DNA of 64,000 nucleotides from Clostridium sp. CAG:1000 (GCA_000436975.1 HG000340.1:3864-67863), one strand, 5' to 3'. Positions 1 through 8,374 are shown, counted from the first letter of the stretch. Notes: generated by a model not told the origin, from the sequence alone. Made by a program: numbers and translations.

Positions 1-2
1 CT

Positions 3-221
3 ATGAATATTGAAGGTGAAGTAATTGGTATTACATTACCTGAAAAAGTTTCTTATAAAGTTATTAGTGCTCCTGATGCTGTTAAAGGAAATACTACTAG
101 TACTGCTCAAAAAGATATTACTATTGAAACTGGGTATACTTTAAAAGCACCTTTATTTATTAAAGAGGGCGATGATGTAGTAATAACTACAAGAGATGGT
201 AAATACTTTGGTAGAGGATAA
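3..221 (+). CDS. efp: Elongation factor P, C-terminal part (5' end lies left of the window)
   Basis: The ORF is open to the left edge. KGNTTSTAQKDITIETGYTLKAPLFIKEGDDVVITTRDGKYFGR matches the EF-P C-terminal OB domain. A terminator follows. Confidence 0.85.
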   Translation: MNIEGEVIGITLPEKVSYKVISAPDAVKGNTTSTAQKDITIETGYTLKAPLFIKEGDDVVITTRDGKYFGRG

Positions 222-242
222 GAACCTATATGGTTCTTTTTA
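221..242 (+). terminator. Rho-independent terminator after efp
   Basis: Hairpin agaacc/ggttct followed by a T-run. Confidence 0.6.
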
Positions 243-319
243 TTTACATTAAACTATTTTTATGCTATTATAATCACATTAAAAAAAGAGTTTGCAAGTC
301 AAATTTAATAGGGGGAGAA

Positions 320-1498
320 ATGGGAATATTTACAAAATACAATCTATTTGATTCATTTGATGATTATGGTAAAAATGAAGTTTTAGAAGCAATTAGTTCA
401 TTAAGTGAAGAAGAACAAAATATATTAAGAAAAAGATTTAGTGATGATTATACAGGAAATAAACTATTTTTATTTTCAACTACTGATAATATAGTAGAAA
501 TATATTCAGAAATATTACCTAAGATTAAAAAGATAATAATAGAAAATAGAAAAAACAAAGAATTTGATCCTCAAGAATTAATACCATGTATAAATAGTGG
601 TTTTTCAAATGAATACATGTGTAATAAATTTAATTTAACAAGACAAGAATTATATAAAGAATTATCCAAATTAAGAAATAATGGTATTTTAATAAAAAAT
701 AAATATTATTCTGATGGTTCAATTTATTTTAAAAGTAATAATTATTGTGAAAAATTTAAATCTAGTGAAAGTATTATAATAGGACCTAATGAAAATTATA
801 TGAAAGTATTAGCAATATCTGATTTACACTTTGGTAGTGTTAAAGAAAGATTAGATTTAGTTAATAAGGCGTTTGAATATTGTACAAAAAATGATATTAA
901 TATTATTCTTTGCTGTGGAGATTTTATTGATGGTACTTTTAGTAAAATAGAACAAAGAATTAAAAATCCATACGATCAAATAGAATATTTCTTAAAAAAT
1001 TACCCTCATGATGATAATATTTTAACTTTTGGAGTTGGCGGAGATCATGATTTAAGTGCTTTTAAATCTATTGGCATTGATATTAGAGAAGCTTGTAAAA
1101 ATAATAGAACTGATATTATTATTCCTGACTATACTAATGTAGATATAAATATTAAAAATGATAATATTCATTTATATCATTCTACAATAAATCGTAAGAT
1201 GTCATATACTCCATCATTTATTTGTTTACATGGACATTCACATAAGTTTTTATATAATGTTAATGGTAATAGAATTAATGTTAATATTCCAAGTTTATCA
1301 AATATTTTAGAAACAAATCCAGGTGTTGTAGAAATATCTTTTTCATTTTATAAGGGATATGTAAATTCTCTACATATTAAACACATATCTTTAGAAGATG
1401 AAAAAGTAATTGATAAATTGCATCCAGATATAAGTGGTAGAAATGTTGAATATAAACCAATATTGAACTTAAATCAATATTATGAGAGAGGAAAATAA
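320..1498 (+). CDS. Metallophosphoesterase (Mre11/SbcD-like calcineurin fold) with an N-terminal HTH-like region
   Basis: ATG at 320 follows GGGGGAG; the track start at 230 has no RBS. Phosphoesterase motifs ISDLHFG, GDFIDG, GGDHD and HGHSH are present. N-terminal LSEEEQNILRKRFSDDY resembles sigma-70 region 4, and NLTRQELYKELSKLRNNGIL resembles a winged helix. Confidence 0.7.
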   Translation: MGIFTKYNLFDSFDDYGKNEVLEAISSLSEEEQNILRKRFSDDYTGNKLFLFSTTDNIVEIYSEILPKIKKIIIENRKNKEFDPQELIPCINSGFSNEYMCNKFNLTRQELYKELSKLRNNGILIKNKYYSDGSIYFKSNNYCEKFKSSESIIIGPNENYMKVLAISDLHFGSVKERLDLVNKAFEYCTKNDINIILCCGDFIDGTFSKIEQRIKNPYDQIEYFLKNYPHDDNILTFGVGGDHDLSAFKSIGIDIREACKNNRTDIIIPDYTNVDINIKNDNIHLYHSTINRKMSYTPSFICLHGHSHKFLYNVNGNRINVNIPSLSNILETNPGVVEISFSFYKGYVNSLHIKHISLEDEKVIDKLHPDISGRNVEYKPILNLNQYYERGK

Positions 1499-1500
1499 TT

Positions 1501-1947
1501 ATGAGTGATAATAATTTAAAAATAGATATAACTTTAAGAAAATATGAAAATAATAGAAAAGAAATAATAAAGAAAAAAGAAATATTTAAAGATAGAAAAA
1601 CTAAATTAATGTTAAAAGGTATATTAGATGAATATTTAATTATGATTAGGGATTTTGGTATTAATAAAAATATATTTAAAGTTACAAGAGAAATTAAAAT
1701 AGAAACTATAAATAATGGTGAATCTTTAATGAAAATAGTTAATAGATATATAGATATTGAATTATTAGAAGAGTATTGTGATGATTTAGGTATTATTGTT
1801 AATATTAGAAAAACTACTAATGAATTATTTTTTGACTTTATATTAAATAAGGAATTATACGAAGAAGGCGTATATGATTTCTGTATTAACAGCAACAATT
1901 CTGAAACATATATAGATGACTTTAATATGTCTTTTAGAAAAAAATAA
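1501..1947 (+). CDS. Hypothetical small protein, paralog A of the next gene
   Basis: A GAGAGGAAAA RBS precedes the start, which lies 2 nt after the upstream stop. The C-terminal half aligns with ORF 1966-2445 (CDDLGI / CDNVGI, LYEEGV / LYCEGV). Confidence 0.6.
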   Translation: MSDNNLKIDITLRKYENNRKEIIKKKEIFKDRKTKLMLKGILDEYLIMIRDFGINKNIFKVTREIKIETINNGESLMKIVNRYIDIELLEEYCDDLGIIVNIRKTTNELFFDFILNKELYEEGVYDFCINSNNSETYIDDFNMSFRKK

Positions 1948-1965
1948 CATTTTATAGGAGAAATT

Positions 1966-2445
1966 ATGACATTATATGATGAGATAGAAGAGGATATGAA
2001 TTGTTTTTACAAAAATGATGAGGATGATAATGAAACTGAAGAAGAAAAAGAAATAGTAGTAAATGATTTAGAATTAGCTATGAGAAGAAAACATACTGCT
2101 GAATTATTTAAAGAAATAATTAGTTATTTTGAAAGTCTTAATATAGATGATTTTAAAGGGCATTTTACAGTTTATAAAGTTGAAATAGAAATACCTTATA
2201 ATTTGTCAGATGAGTTATTAAATGAGTATAAAGATAGATATTATGATTTTATTTCTCTTGGTACATGGTGTGATAATGTTGGCATATTTCCAGAAATGTT
2301 TATTAGAAGAAATATAGGAATGGAAAAACCATTAATTACAATTACTTGTGTATTTACATTAAATACTTATTTATATTGTGAAGGAGTATTTAAAGAATTT
2401 GATAATAGTTTTACAAAAATAATGACTCGTAAATTATATAAATGA
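1966..2445 (+). CDS. Hypothetical small protein, paralog B, with a strongly acidic N-terminus
   Basis: AGGAG RBS. The N-terminus DEIEEDMNCFYKNDEDDNETEEEKE is strongly acidic. The C-terminal half is paralogous to 1501-1947. Confidence 0.6.
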   Translation: MTLYDEIEEDMNCFYKNDEDDNETEEEKEIVVNDLELAMRRKHTAELFKEIISYFESLNIDDFKGHFTVYKVEIEIPYNLSDELLNEYKDRYYDFISLGTWCDNVGIFPEMFIRRNIGMEKPLITITCVFTLNTYLYCEGVFKEFDNSFTKIMTRKLYK

Positions 2446-2486
2446 TATTAGAATAAATGAAAAGCATATATGATGAAATTAAATAA

Positions 2487-2725
2487 TTGACAAAGAACAA
2501 TATTTAATATATACTTAGGTAGTAATGAAACGAAGAAGATATTCAGAGTAGTTTATAATAATTATATAGAAAGTTAGTGGTTGATGGAAACTAACAGTTA
2601 TTATAAATGAAAATACAAATATCTGAGTTTAATAGGTGATGCTTTATAATCATTTGAGGTAGATTAATTCTATAAATTAAGGTGGTACCACGATATATTC
2701 GTCCTTATAATGGTACCTTTTTATT
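2487..2725 (+). promoter_or_regulatory. Promoter plus T-box leader, probable Tyr specifier, upstream of dut-tyrS
   Basis: TTGACA (2487-2492), a 17-nt spacer, then TATACT (2510-2515). Stem I-like agttagtggttgatggaaactaac is present. UAC followed by A occurs in aaaatacaaat. The T-box core is aaattaaggtggtaccacg. The terminator is ggtacca/tggtacc plus TTTTT at 2684-2722. Confidence 0.8.
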
Positions 2726-2735
2726 TGGAGGAAAA

Positions 2736-3221
2736 ATGAGAAAGTTTGAAAAAATAAGTTATGATCAATTTAAAAAAGATTTTGAGGATTCTAAGGAATT
2801 ATATGATAAAATAACTCTTCCAGTCAGAAGTACTAAACATAGTGCTGCTTATGATATTAAAAGTATGGAAGAAAAGACATTACATCCTGGGGACTCATTA
2901 GCATTTAAAACAGGGCTTAAGGTATGTATGAATCCTGATGAGGTATTATATATTTTTAGTAGAAGCTCTATGGGATATAAGTATGATGTATCACTTACTA
3001 ATTGTGTTGGTGTTATAGATAGTGATTTTTATAATAACGAAGATAATGAAGGACATTTTAAAGTTAAACTTATTAATCATGGAGATAAAGACTTTGAAGT
3101 TAAAGTAGGAGACAGAATAGCTCAAGGAGTATTTATGAAATACTTAACTGTTGATGATGAAGAAGCAATAACAAATGTTAGAACTGGTGGGATAGGTTCT
3201 ACTAATAAAGGAGGAAAATAA
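2736..3221 (+). CDS. dut: dUTP diphosphatase (dUTPase)
   Basis: GGAGG RBS. Motifs SAAYDI, GVIDSDFY, GDRIAQGVF and RTGGIGSTN are present. Confidence 0.85.
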   Translation: MRKFEKISYDQFKKDFEDSKELYDKITLPVRSTKHSAAYDIKSMEEKTLHPGDSLAFKTGLKVCMNPDEVLYIFSRSSMGYKYDVSLTNCVGVIDSDFYNNEDNEGHFKVKLINHGDKDFEVKVGDRIAQGVFMKYLTVDDEEAITNVRTGGIGSTNKGGK

Positions 3222-3222
3222 T

Positions 3223-4431
3223 ATGACATTTTTTGAAGAATTAAAATATAGAGGGGTAATTAAAGACATAAGTAGTCCTGATTTAGAAGATAAATTAAAT
3301 AATGAATCACTTACGTTTTATTTAGGAACTGATCCAACCGCGGATAGTTTACATATAGGACATTATGCATCTTTTGTTACTGCTAAAAGATTATTAAAAC
3401 ATGGACATAAACCAATTATTTTAGTAGGTGGCGCAACAGGGCTTATAGGAGACCCTAGACCTACTACTGAAAGACCTATGATTAGTAAAGAAACTGTATT
3501 AAATAATATAGAATCTCTTAAAAAACAAGTTAATAGCTTACTTGATGGAAAAGCACAAGTAGTTAATAATTATGACTGGACTCGTGATGTAACATTCTTA
3601 GATTTTTTAAGAGATATTGGAAAATATATCAATGTTAACTATATGCTTAATAAAGATATAATATCAAGACGTTTAGATAGTGGTATTACATATGCAGAGT
3701 TTTCATATACATTACTTCAAGGATTTGATTTTTTACATTTGTTTAGAAACAATAATTGTGTTTTACAAGCTGCTGGTTCAGATCAATGGGGAAATATAAC
3801 TACTGGTATTGAATTAATAAGAAAGATTGAAAATAAGACTGCTTATGGATTTACTATGCCACTAATACTAGATTCGACTGGTAAAAAGTTTGGTAAGAGT
3901 GAAGGAAATGCGTTATGGCTTGATAAAGAAAAAACAAGCCCATATCAAATATATCAATATTTAATAAATTCTGATGATAGTAAAGTAATTGAATACTTAA
4001 AAGTATTTACTTTCTTATCAATAGAAGAGATAGAAAGTCTTGCTAAAAGTGTAAAAGAAGAACCGGAAAAGAGGCTTGCTCAAAAAGCATTAGCATTTGA
4101 AGTAGTAAAAGATTTACATGGTGAAGAAGAAGCAATTAAAGCAAGAAAAATAAGTGAAGAGGTATTCTCAAAAGGTTATAGTAGTGAAGGAATGCCAAGT
4201 ATGGATGTAGTTTTAAGCGAAAATATGAATATACTTGATTTATTAGTTTCAGCTAATATAGCCCCATCTAAAAGTGAAGCTAGAAGATTAGTTATAGGAA
4301 ATGGTATTTCAATAAATTCAGAAAAACAAACTAATCCTGATTTATTAATTACAGAGGATTTATTTAATGATAATTCTTTAGTAATAAGTAAGGGTAAAAA
4401 GACTCATATTAAAGTTAACTTAGTAAAATAA
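3223..4431 (+). CDS. tyrS: Tyrosine--tRNA ligase
   Basis: HIGH motif (LHIGHY), KFGKS motif, and a C-terminal S4-like domain (SKSEARRLV). Confidence 0.95.
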   Translation: MTFFEELKYRGVIKDISSPDLEDKLNNESLTFYLGTDPTADSLHIGHYASFVTAKRLLKHGHKPIILVGGATGLIGDPRPTTERPMISKETVLNNIESLKKQVNSLLDGKAQVVNNYDWTRDVTFLDFLRDIGKYINVNYMLNKDIISRRLDSGITYAEFSYTLLQGFDFLHLFRNNNCVLQAAGSDQWGNITTGIELIRKIENKTAYGFTMPLILDSTGKKFGKSEGNALWLDKEKTSPYQIYQYLINSDDSKVIEYLKVFTFLSIEEIESLAKSVKEEPEKRLAQKALAFEVVKDLHGEEEAIKARKISEEVFSKGYSSEGMPSMDVVLSENMNILDLLVSANIAPSKSEARRLVIGNGISINSEKQTNPDLLITEDLFNDNSLVISKGKKTHIKVNLVK

Positions 4432-4490
4432 GTTAACTTTTACTTTTAATAAATATTTTAATGTTATATAATAATAATAGAGGTGAATAT

Positions 4491-5177
4491 ATGAAATATA
4501 CTGAAGAGAGAAAACCTATTATTAATATATTATTCTTTGCATTATCTATGGCTTGTTTATTTGTTATGCCATCAGTATTTTATACAATAATGCGTATGTT
4601 CTTTGAAGATAGTTTAACATTACAGTTCTTAAGTGAATTATTTGCTATTGTATTATTATTTTTAATATATTATAAAGATTTAATAAAAGAGTTTAAAATA
4701 TATATTAAAAACTTTAAGAAAAATATACCAATTATGTTAAAATATTATATATTAGGTATATTAATAATGATTGTGAGTAATTTATTTATAAGTATGATAA
4801 TTGGAGAGGTATCATCAAATGAATCTGCTGTTAGAGAAAATTTATTTGCATTTCCAGTTTATACAATGTTAAGTATAATGATAGTAGCACCGTTAAGTGA
4901 GGAGTTAGTATTTAGAAAAAGTATAAGCCCATTAATTAAGAACAAATGGATTTATGCAGTGGTTTGTGGTTTATTATTTGGAGGAGCTCACCTTTTAGCT
5001 GGTGAATTTGAATTAATAAATTTATTATATTTAATACCTTATGGTAGTTTAGGATTTGTATTTGCTCTTATGAATAGGGAAACTAAGACAACGTTCTCGT
5101 CTATTACTATGCATTGTATTCATAATACATTTACAGGTTTATTACTTTTAATAACTTATTCGTTAGGTGTGTTATAG
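4491..5177 (+). CDS. CPBP family intramembrane metalloprotease (CAAX protease-like)
   Basis: GAGGTGA RBS before the ATG at 4491. Multi-pass membrane protein with EELVFRK, GGAHL and HCIHN motifs. Confidence 0.8.
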   Translation: MKYTEERKPIINILFFALSMACLFVMPSVFYTIMRMFFEDSLTLQFLSELFAIVLLFLIYYKDLIKEFKIYIKNFKKNIPIMLKYYILGILIMIVSNLFISMIIGEVSSNESAVRENLFAFPVYTMLSIMIVAPLSEELVFRKSISPLIKNKWIYAVVCGLLFGGAHLLAGEFELINLLYLIPYGSLGFVFALMNRETKTTFSSITMHCIHNTFTGLLLLITYSLGVL

Positions 5178-6041
5178 ATGGAAGAAGAAAAGAAAAAATT
5201 TCACAAATTTTTGAATTTTATATTGTTCATTATTATTCTTTCATTAGGAATAGTTTTTTATTCTAAATATGTTGGGGTAAAAGGACTAATAGTTAAAGAA
5301 TATAGAATTGAAAGTAATATACTAACTAAAAACTTTAGTGGTCTTAAAATAGTTCATTTTTCTGATCTTTTATATAAGTCTACTGTAGATAGAGATGATA
5401 TTAAAAAACTAATTAATAAAATTAATACTCTTAGACCTGATATTATTGTGTTTACAGGAGACTTAATAAATAAAAACGTGAAGATTACTAATGATGATAG
5501 GGAATTTATAATTAATTCATTAACTAAGATGCATGCATCTATTGGTAAATATGCAGTGTATGGAGACTATGACTATAGTATTGATAACTATGAAAGTATA
5601 ATGACTAAAAGTAATTTTAAAGTTTTAAATAATTCATATGATGAGGTACTTTATAAGACAGATGAACCATTATATGTTGTAGGACTACCTAGTTCTATTA
5701 AAGACACAGTTAAAATAAATGAAGCTTTTAGTTTCTATAAAGATGAAGATAGAAGATATATTATTTGCTTAGTACATGATGGTCAAACTATTAAATATTT
5801 AGATGATAGTAATTATGAAGTTGATTTAATATTAGGAGGACATTCACTTAATGGAAGTGTTGTTATACCATATTATGGACCATTATTTGTAGATAAAGAC
5901 TCAGGTAAATATTATCAAGAGGAATATACAAAAGGTATTACTAAGATATTTATATCAAGTGGTATAGGTACTAATAAATATAGTTATAGATTTAATAATA
6001 AACCTTCAATTAACTTATATCGTTTAAAAGCACAGTCTTAA
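5178..6041 (+). CDS. Membrane-anchored metallophosphoesterase (YkuE/YaeI-like)
   Basis: N-terminal TM segment. Motifs IVHFSDL, FTGDL and GGHSLNG are present. Confidence 0.75.
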   Translation: MEEEKKKFHKFLNFILFIIILSLGIVFYSKYVGVKGLIVKEYRIESNILTKNFSGLKIVHFSDLLYKSTVDRDDIKKLINKINTLRPDIIVFTGDLINKNVKITNDDREFIINSLTKMHASIGKYAVYGDYDYSIDNYESIMTKSNFKVLNNSYDEVLYKTDEPLYVVGLPSSIKDTVKINEAFSFYKDEDRRYIICLVHDGQTIKYLDDSNYEVDLILGGHSLNGSVVIPYYGPLFVDKDSGKYYQEEYTKGITKIFISSGIGTNKYSYRFNNKPSINLYRLKAQS

Positions 6042-6054
6042 CTGCGCTTTTTTC
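6027..6054 (+). terminator. Rho-independent terminator
   Basis: Hairpin aaagcacagt/actgcgcttt with one mismatch, followed by a T-run. Confidence 0.55.
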
Positions 6055-6077
6055 ATAATATAGTATAGAGGTGGGTT

Positions 6078-6239
6078 ATGTATACAAATTTTAAATATGG
6101 CCATGATAGGTTTGCACCATTTGCAGGTCCATTTTTACTAGGCGCTTTAGCAGGTGGTGTTTCAGTAGGAATATTTAATCCATATAGACCAAGACCAGTT
6201 TATTATCAAAGTCCATATGGATATTATCCTTATTATTAA
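6078..6239 (+). CDS. Small 53-aa Gly/Pro/Tyr-rich protein, not in the ORF track
   Basis: GAGGTGGG RBS 3 nt before the ATG at 6078. Hand translation: MYTNFKYGHDRFAPFAGPFLLGALAGGVSVGIFNPYRPRPVYYQSPYGYYPYY, stop at 6237-6239. Confidence 0.5.
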   Translation: MYTNFKYGHDRFAPFAGPFLLGALAGGVSVGIFNPYRPRPVYYQSPYGYYPYY

Positions 6240-6268
6240 TAAAAAATAGTAATTCAATTTCTGAATTA

Positions 6269-6580
6269 CTATTTTAAATCTATCATGTATTTTTTTAATT
6301 GTTTTGAGTTAGGGCCAAATAATATTTTTAATTGATTATCAATTTCAACTATACCTTTAGCTCCTAATTTTTGTATACCTTCTTTGTTAACTAATGTTGT
6401 ATCTTTTACAGTTACTTTAAGTCTTGATAAATTCATTTGAACATCAATAATATTATCTTTTCCACCTAAATATTGAATTAATTTATTAATTTCAATATGA
6501 AAGTCTTCCTTTCTAATTTTAACTATTACTAAAGATATAACTATTAATATAACTAATATTAAAACATATTGCCAAATCAT
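6269..6580 (-). CDS. Membrane-anchored PTS EIIB-like domain protein lacking the phospho-cysteine
   Basis: AGGAGG RBS and an N-terminal TM segment. LGGKDNIIDVQMNLSRLKVTVKD matches the EIIB(Glc) signature, but Asn/Leu stand where C-x-T-R-L-R is expected. Confidence 0.6.
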   Translation of the reverse strand: MIWQYVLILVILIVISLVIVKIRKEDFHIEINKLIQYLGGKDNIIDVQMNLSRLKVTVKDTTLVNKEGIQKLGAKGIVEIDNQLKILFGPNSKQLKKYMIDLK

Positions 6581-6592
6581 ATATATTTCCTC

Positions 6593-7177
6593 CTATAAAG
6601 AACTATTTGTACTACCTAAGTATTCATCAAAGTAGTTACCAATTTTTTCTTTAAAACTATTTATTTTTTCTTCTGTCCAATATTCATTTGGAAGAATAGG
6701 GTTAGTCATTAGAGATGTTTCATTATCAAATGATAATATTTTTCCCTCTTTAACTATTACTAGTGTAGGAGCATAAAGTCTATAACTTCCAGTATCATCT
6801 AAAAATAAATAATCATCAAGTCTATTAACTAATTTTTTATATTTTTCAGTATTGCTTTCTCTTATAGATTTAAAATTATAATAATAAATAATATCTATAT
6901 TTTTTGAAACAGCAACATCATTTAAATATTTGACATAATTTTGACACCAGCTACTTTCAGGAAAACCTAAAAATATAATACCAGTTCCTTTATCTAGTGT
7001 AATTAATATATCATCTATACTTTTATATACAAATACATTATTTTCATCTATTAAATTATATTCATTATTAAAGTTATTATTAACTTTAACTGTTGCTGGT
7101 GGCTTACAATATTTATATATAAGTAAAGCACCTATTACTGCGATAAAAACAATACCTAATATTTTTGCTTTTTTCAT
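6593..7177 (-). CDS. Membrane-anchored thioredoxin-fold-like protein
   Basis: GAGGAAGTGAG RBS before the ATG at 7177 (MKKAKILG...) and an N-terminal TM segment. FLGFPESSWCQNY resembles a thioredoxin active-site region with only one Cys. Confidence 0.45.
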   Translation of the reverse strand: MKKAKILGIVFIAVIGALLIYKYCKPPATVKVNNNFNNEYNLIDENNVFVYKSIDDILITLDKGTGIIFLGFPESSWCQNYVKYLNDVAVSKNIDIIYYYNFKSIRESNTEKYKKLVNRLDDYLFLDDTGSYRLYAPTLVIVKEGKILSFDNETSLMTNPILPNEYWTEEKINSFKEKIGNYFDEYLGSTNSSL

Positions 7178-7232
7178 AAACTCACTTCCTCTATAATATT
7201 TTATCATAAATTAATTAAATAAAAAAGACTAA

Positions 7233-7943
7233 TTATTTATATAATTGGTCCATAATAGATTCATCTTTATGTTTACTATAATATTCTATATCAAAAGATC
7301 TAGTTATAATTTCATTAAATGATTTACCTAATTTTTTTCTTTTCTTAACTTTTATGTATTTTGGATTATATCTTGTTTCTTTGTGTCTTTTAATATAATC
7401 AAGTAATGCTATTAAACATGATATAGTTATTATTGAACTAAGAATGATAATATAAAAATCAGTGTTAATAATAATATATTTTATTACTTTTCCATTTATG
7501 CCTATCTTTGGAATGCTTAATAATATGAAACTCAATATTACACATATATCTAATATGACAGTTTTAACTTTACCAACATTAGTTGATTTAACATTACCTC
7601 CATGTTTATATGTTAAATAACTTATATATAATATTAGTATTTCTATAATTAATGGTGGAATCATATATCTATACTCTATACCAAGAAGAATAAAAACTAT
7701 TGCATTTAGAACTTTATCACTTAAAGCATCCATACTACATCCAAAGAATGTTGATATTTTAAGTTTTCTTGCTAAAAAGCCATCTAATGCATCACTTAAA
7801 AATAAAAATATAGTTAATATTGCTACTACGTTAATACCATATAAATGATATATAAATGGTAATAACAGTGCTCCTAAAAGCCTACACAATGTTATTGCAT
7901 TAACTATAATTAATTCAATTGTTTTAGTAATACTATATTTCAT
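7233..7943 (-). CDS. CDP-alcohol phosphatidyltransferase family protein (PgsA-like)
   Basis: DALDGFLARKLKISTFFGCSMDALSDK fits the D-x2-DG-x2-AR-x8-G-x3-D-x3-D motif. Polytopic membrane protein. Confidence 0.8.
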   Translation of the reverse strand: MKYSITKTIELIIVNAITLCRLLGALLLPFIYHLYGINVVAILTIFLFLSDALDGFLARKLKISTFFGCSMDALSDKVLNAIVFILLGIEYRYMIPPLIIEILILYISYLTYKHGGNVKSTNVGKVKTVILDICVILSFILLSIPKIGINGKVIKYIIINTDFYIIILSSIITISCLIALLDYIKRHKETRYNPKYIKVKKRKKLGKSFNEIITRSFDIEYYSKHKDESIMDQLYK

Positions 7944-7978
7944 ATGAATATTTTATGAAATAAGTTTCTTTTTGTCAA
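7944..7978 (-). promoter_or_regulatory. Consensus sigma-A promoter placing the transcription start on the ATG (leaderless)
   Basis: On the minus strand: TTGACA (7978-7973), a 17-nt spacer, TAAAAT (7955-7950), 6 nt, then ATG (7943-7941). No Shine-Dalgarno sequence is present. Confidence 0.6.
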
Positions 7979-8023
7979 TATACTAGAAATATCTTTTATA
8001 TTATGATATAATCTATATGAATT

Positions 8024-8374
8024 GGGGCTGCATTGATTCGACAGAATTATGTTTTGTTTGGGCGCAGGTAGTAGGCATACTATAAATGCAAAAATAAAAT
8101 AATCGGAAACGATTTTAAATTCTCTCCAGCTTTTGCTTAATTAGTTAAAAGAGGAGCTTCCACTTAGTCTTTACTTGCGAGGTTAAGAATGGGAGTCATA
8201 AAGCAAGTTATATTATAAATTTGTTTGTGGTTTATAATGAAAAATGAGCAAACTTTGAATAATAAGAGAAGTTGGCAATCTACATTATTATTTGAGGATA
8301 AAAACCAACTAAACCTGTAGAAGACCAAATGAAATGAATTTTGGACAGGAGTTCGCTACTCCTCAGCTCCACCA
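8024..8374 (+). ncRNA. ssrA: tmRNA (SsrA)
   Basis: The 5' GGGGCUG pairs with the 3' CAGCUCC-ACCA, including a G3:U pair. A tRNA-like T-arm ggacaggagttcgctactcc is present. An internal tag ORF ends in ...SPAFA-TAA (8105-8140). Confidence 0.9.

Noticed and set aside
1377-1898. 173-aa minus-strand ORF. Similar antisense or alternate-frame ORFs occur at 12107-12292, 13062-13517, 14699-14917, 15244-15438, 15497-15712, 18094-18457, 22737-23541, 26789-26989, 28873-29070, 30907-31200, 34888-35079, 38645-38860, 40231-40443, 41172-41528, 41958-42158, 45663-45860, 47221-47433, 48892-49452, 50668-50967, 51460-51669, 54119-55201, 57232-57465, 58684-58890 and 62402-63360.
   Set aside because: All lie inside, or antisense to, long ORFs with clear homology. 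They encode low-complexity Leu/Ile/Phe/Ser-rich peptides, as expected from the reverse complement of AT-rich coding sequence. None has an RBS.
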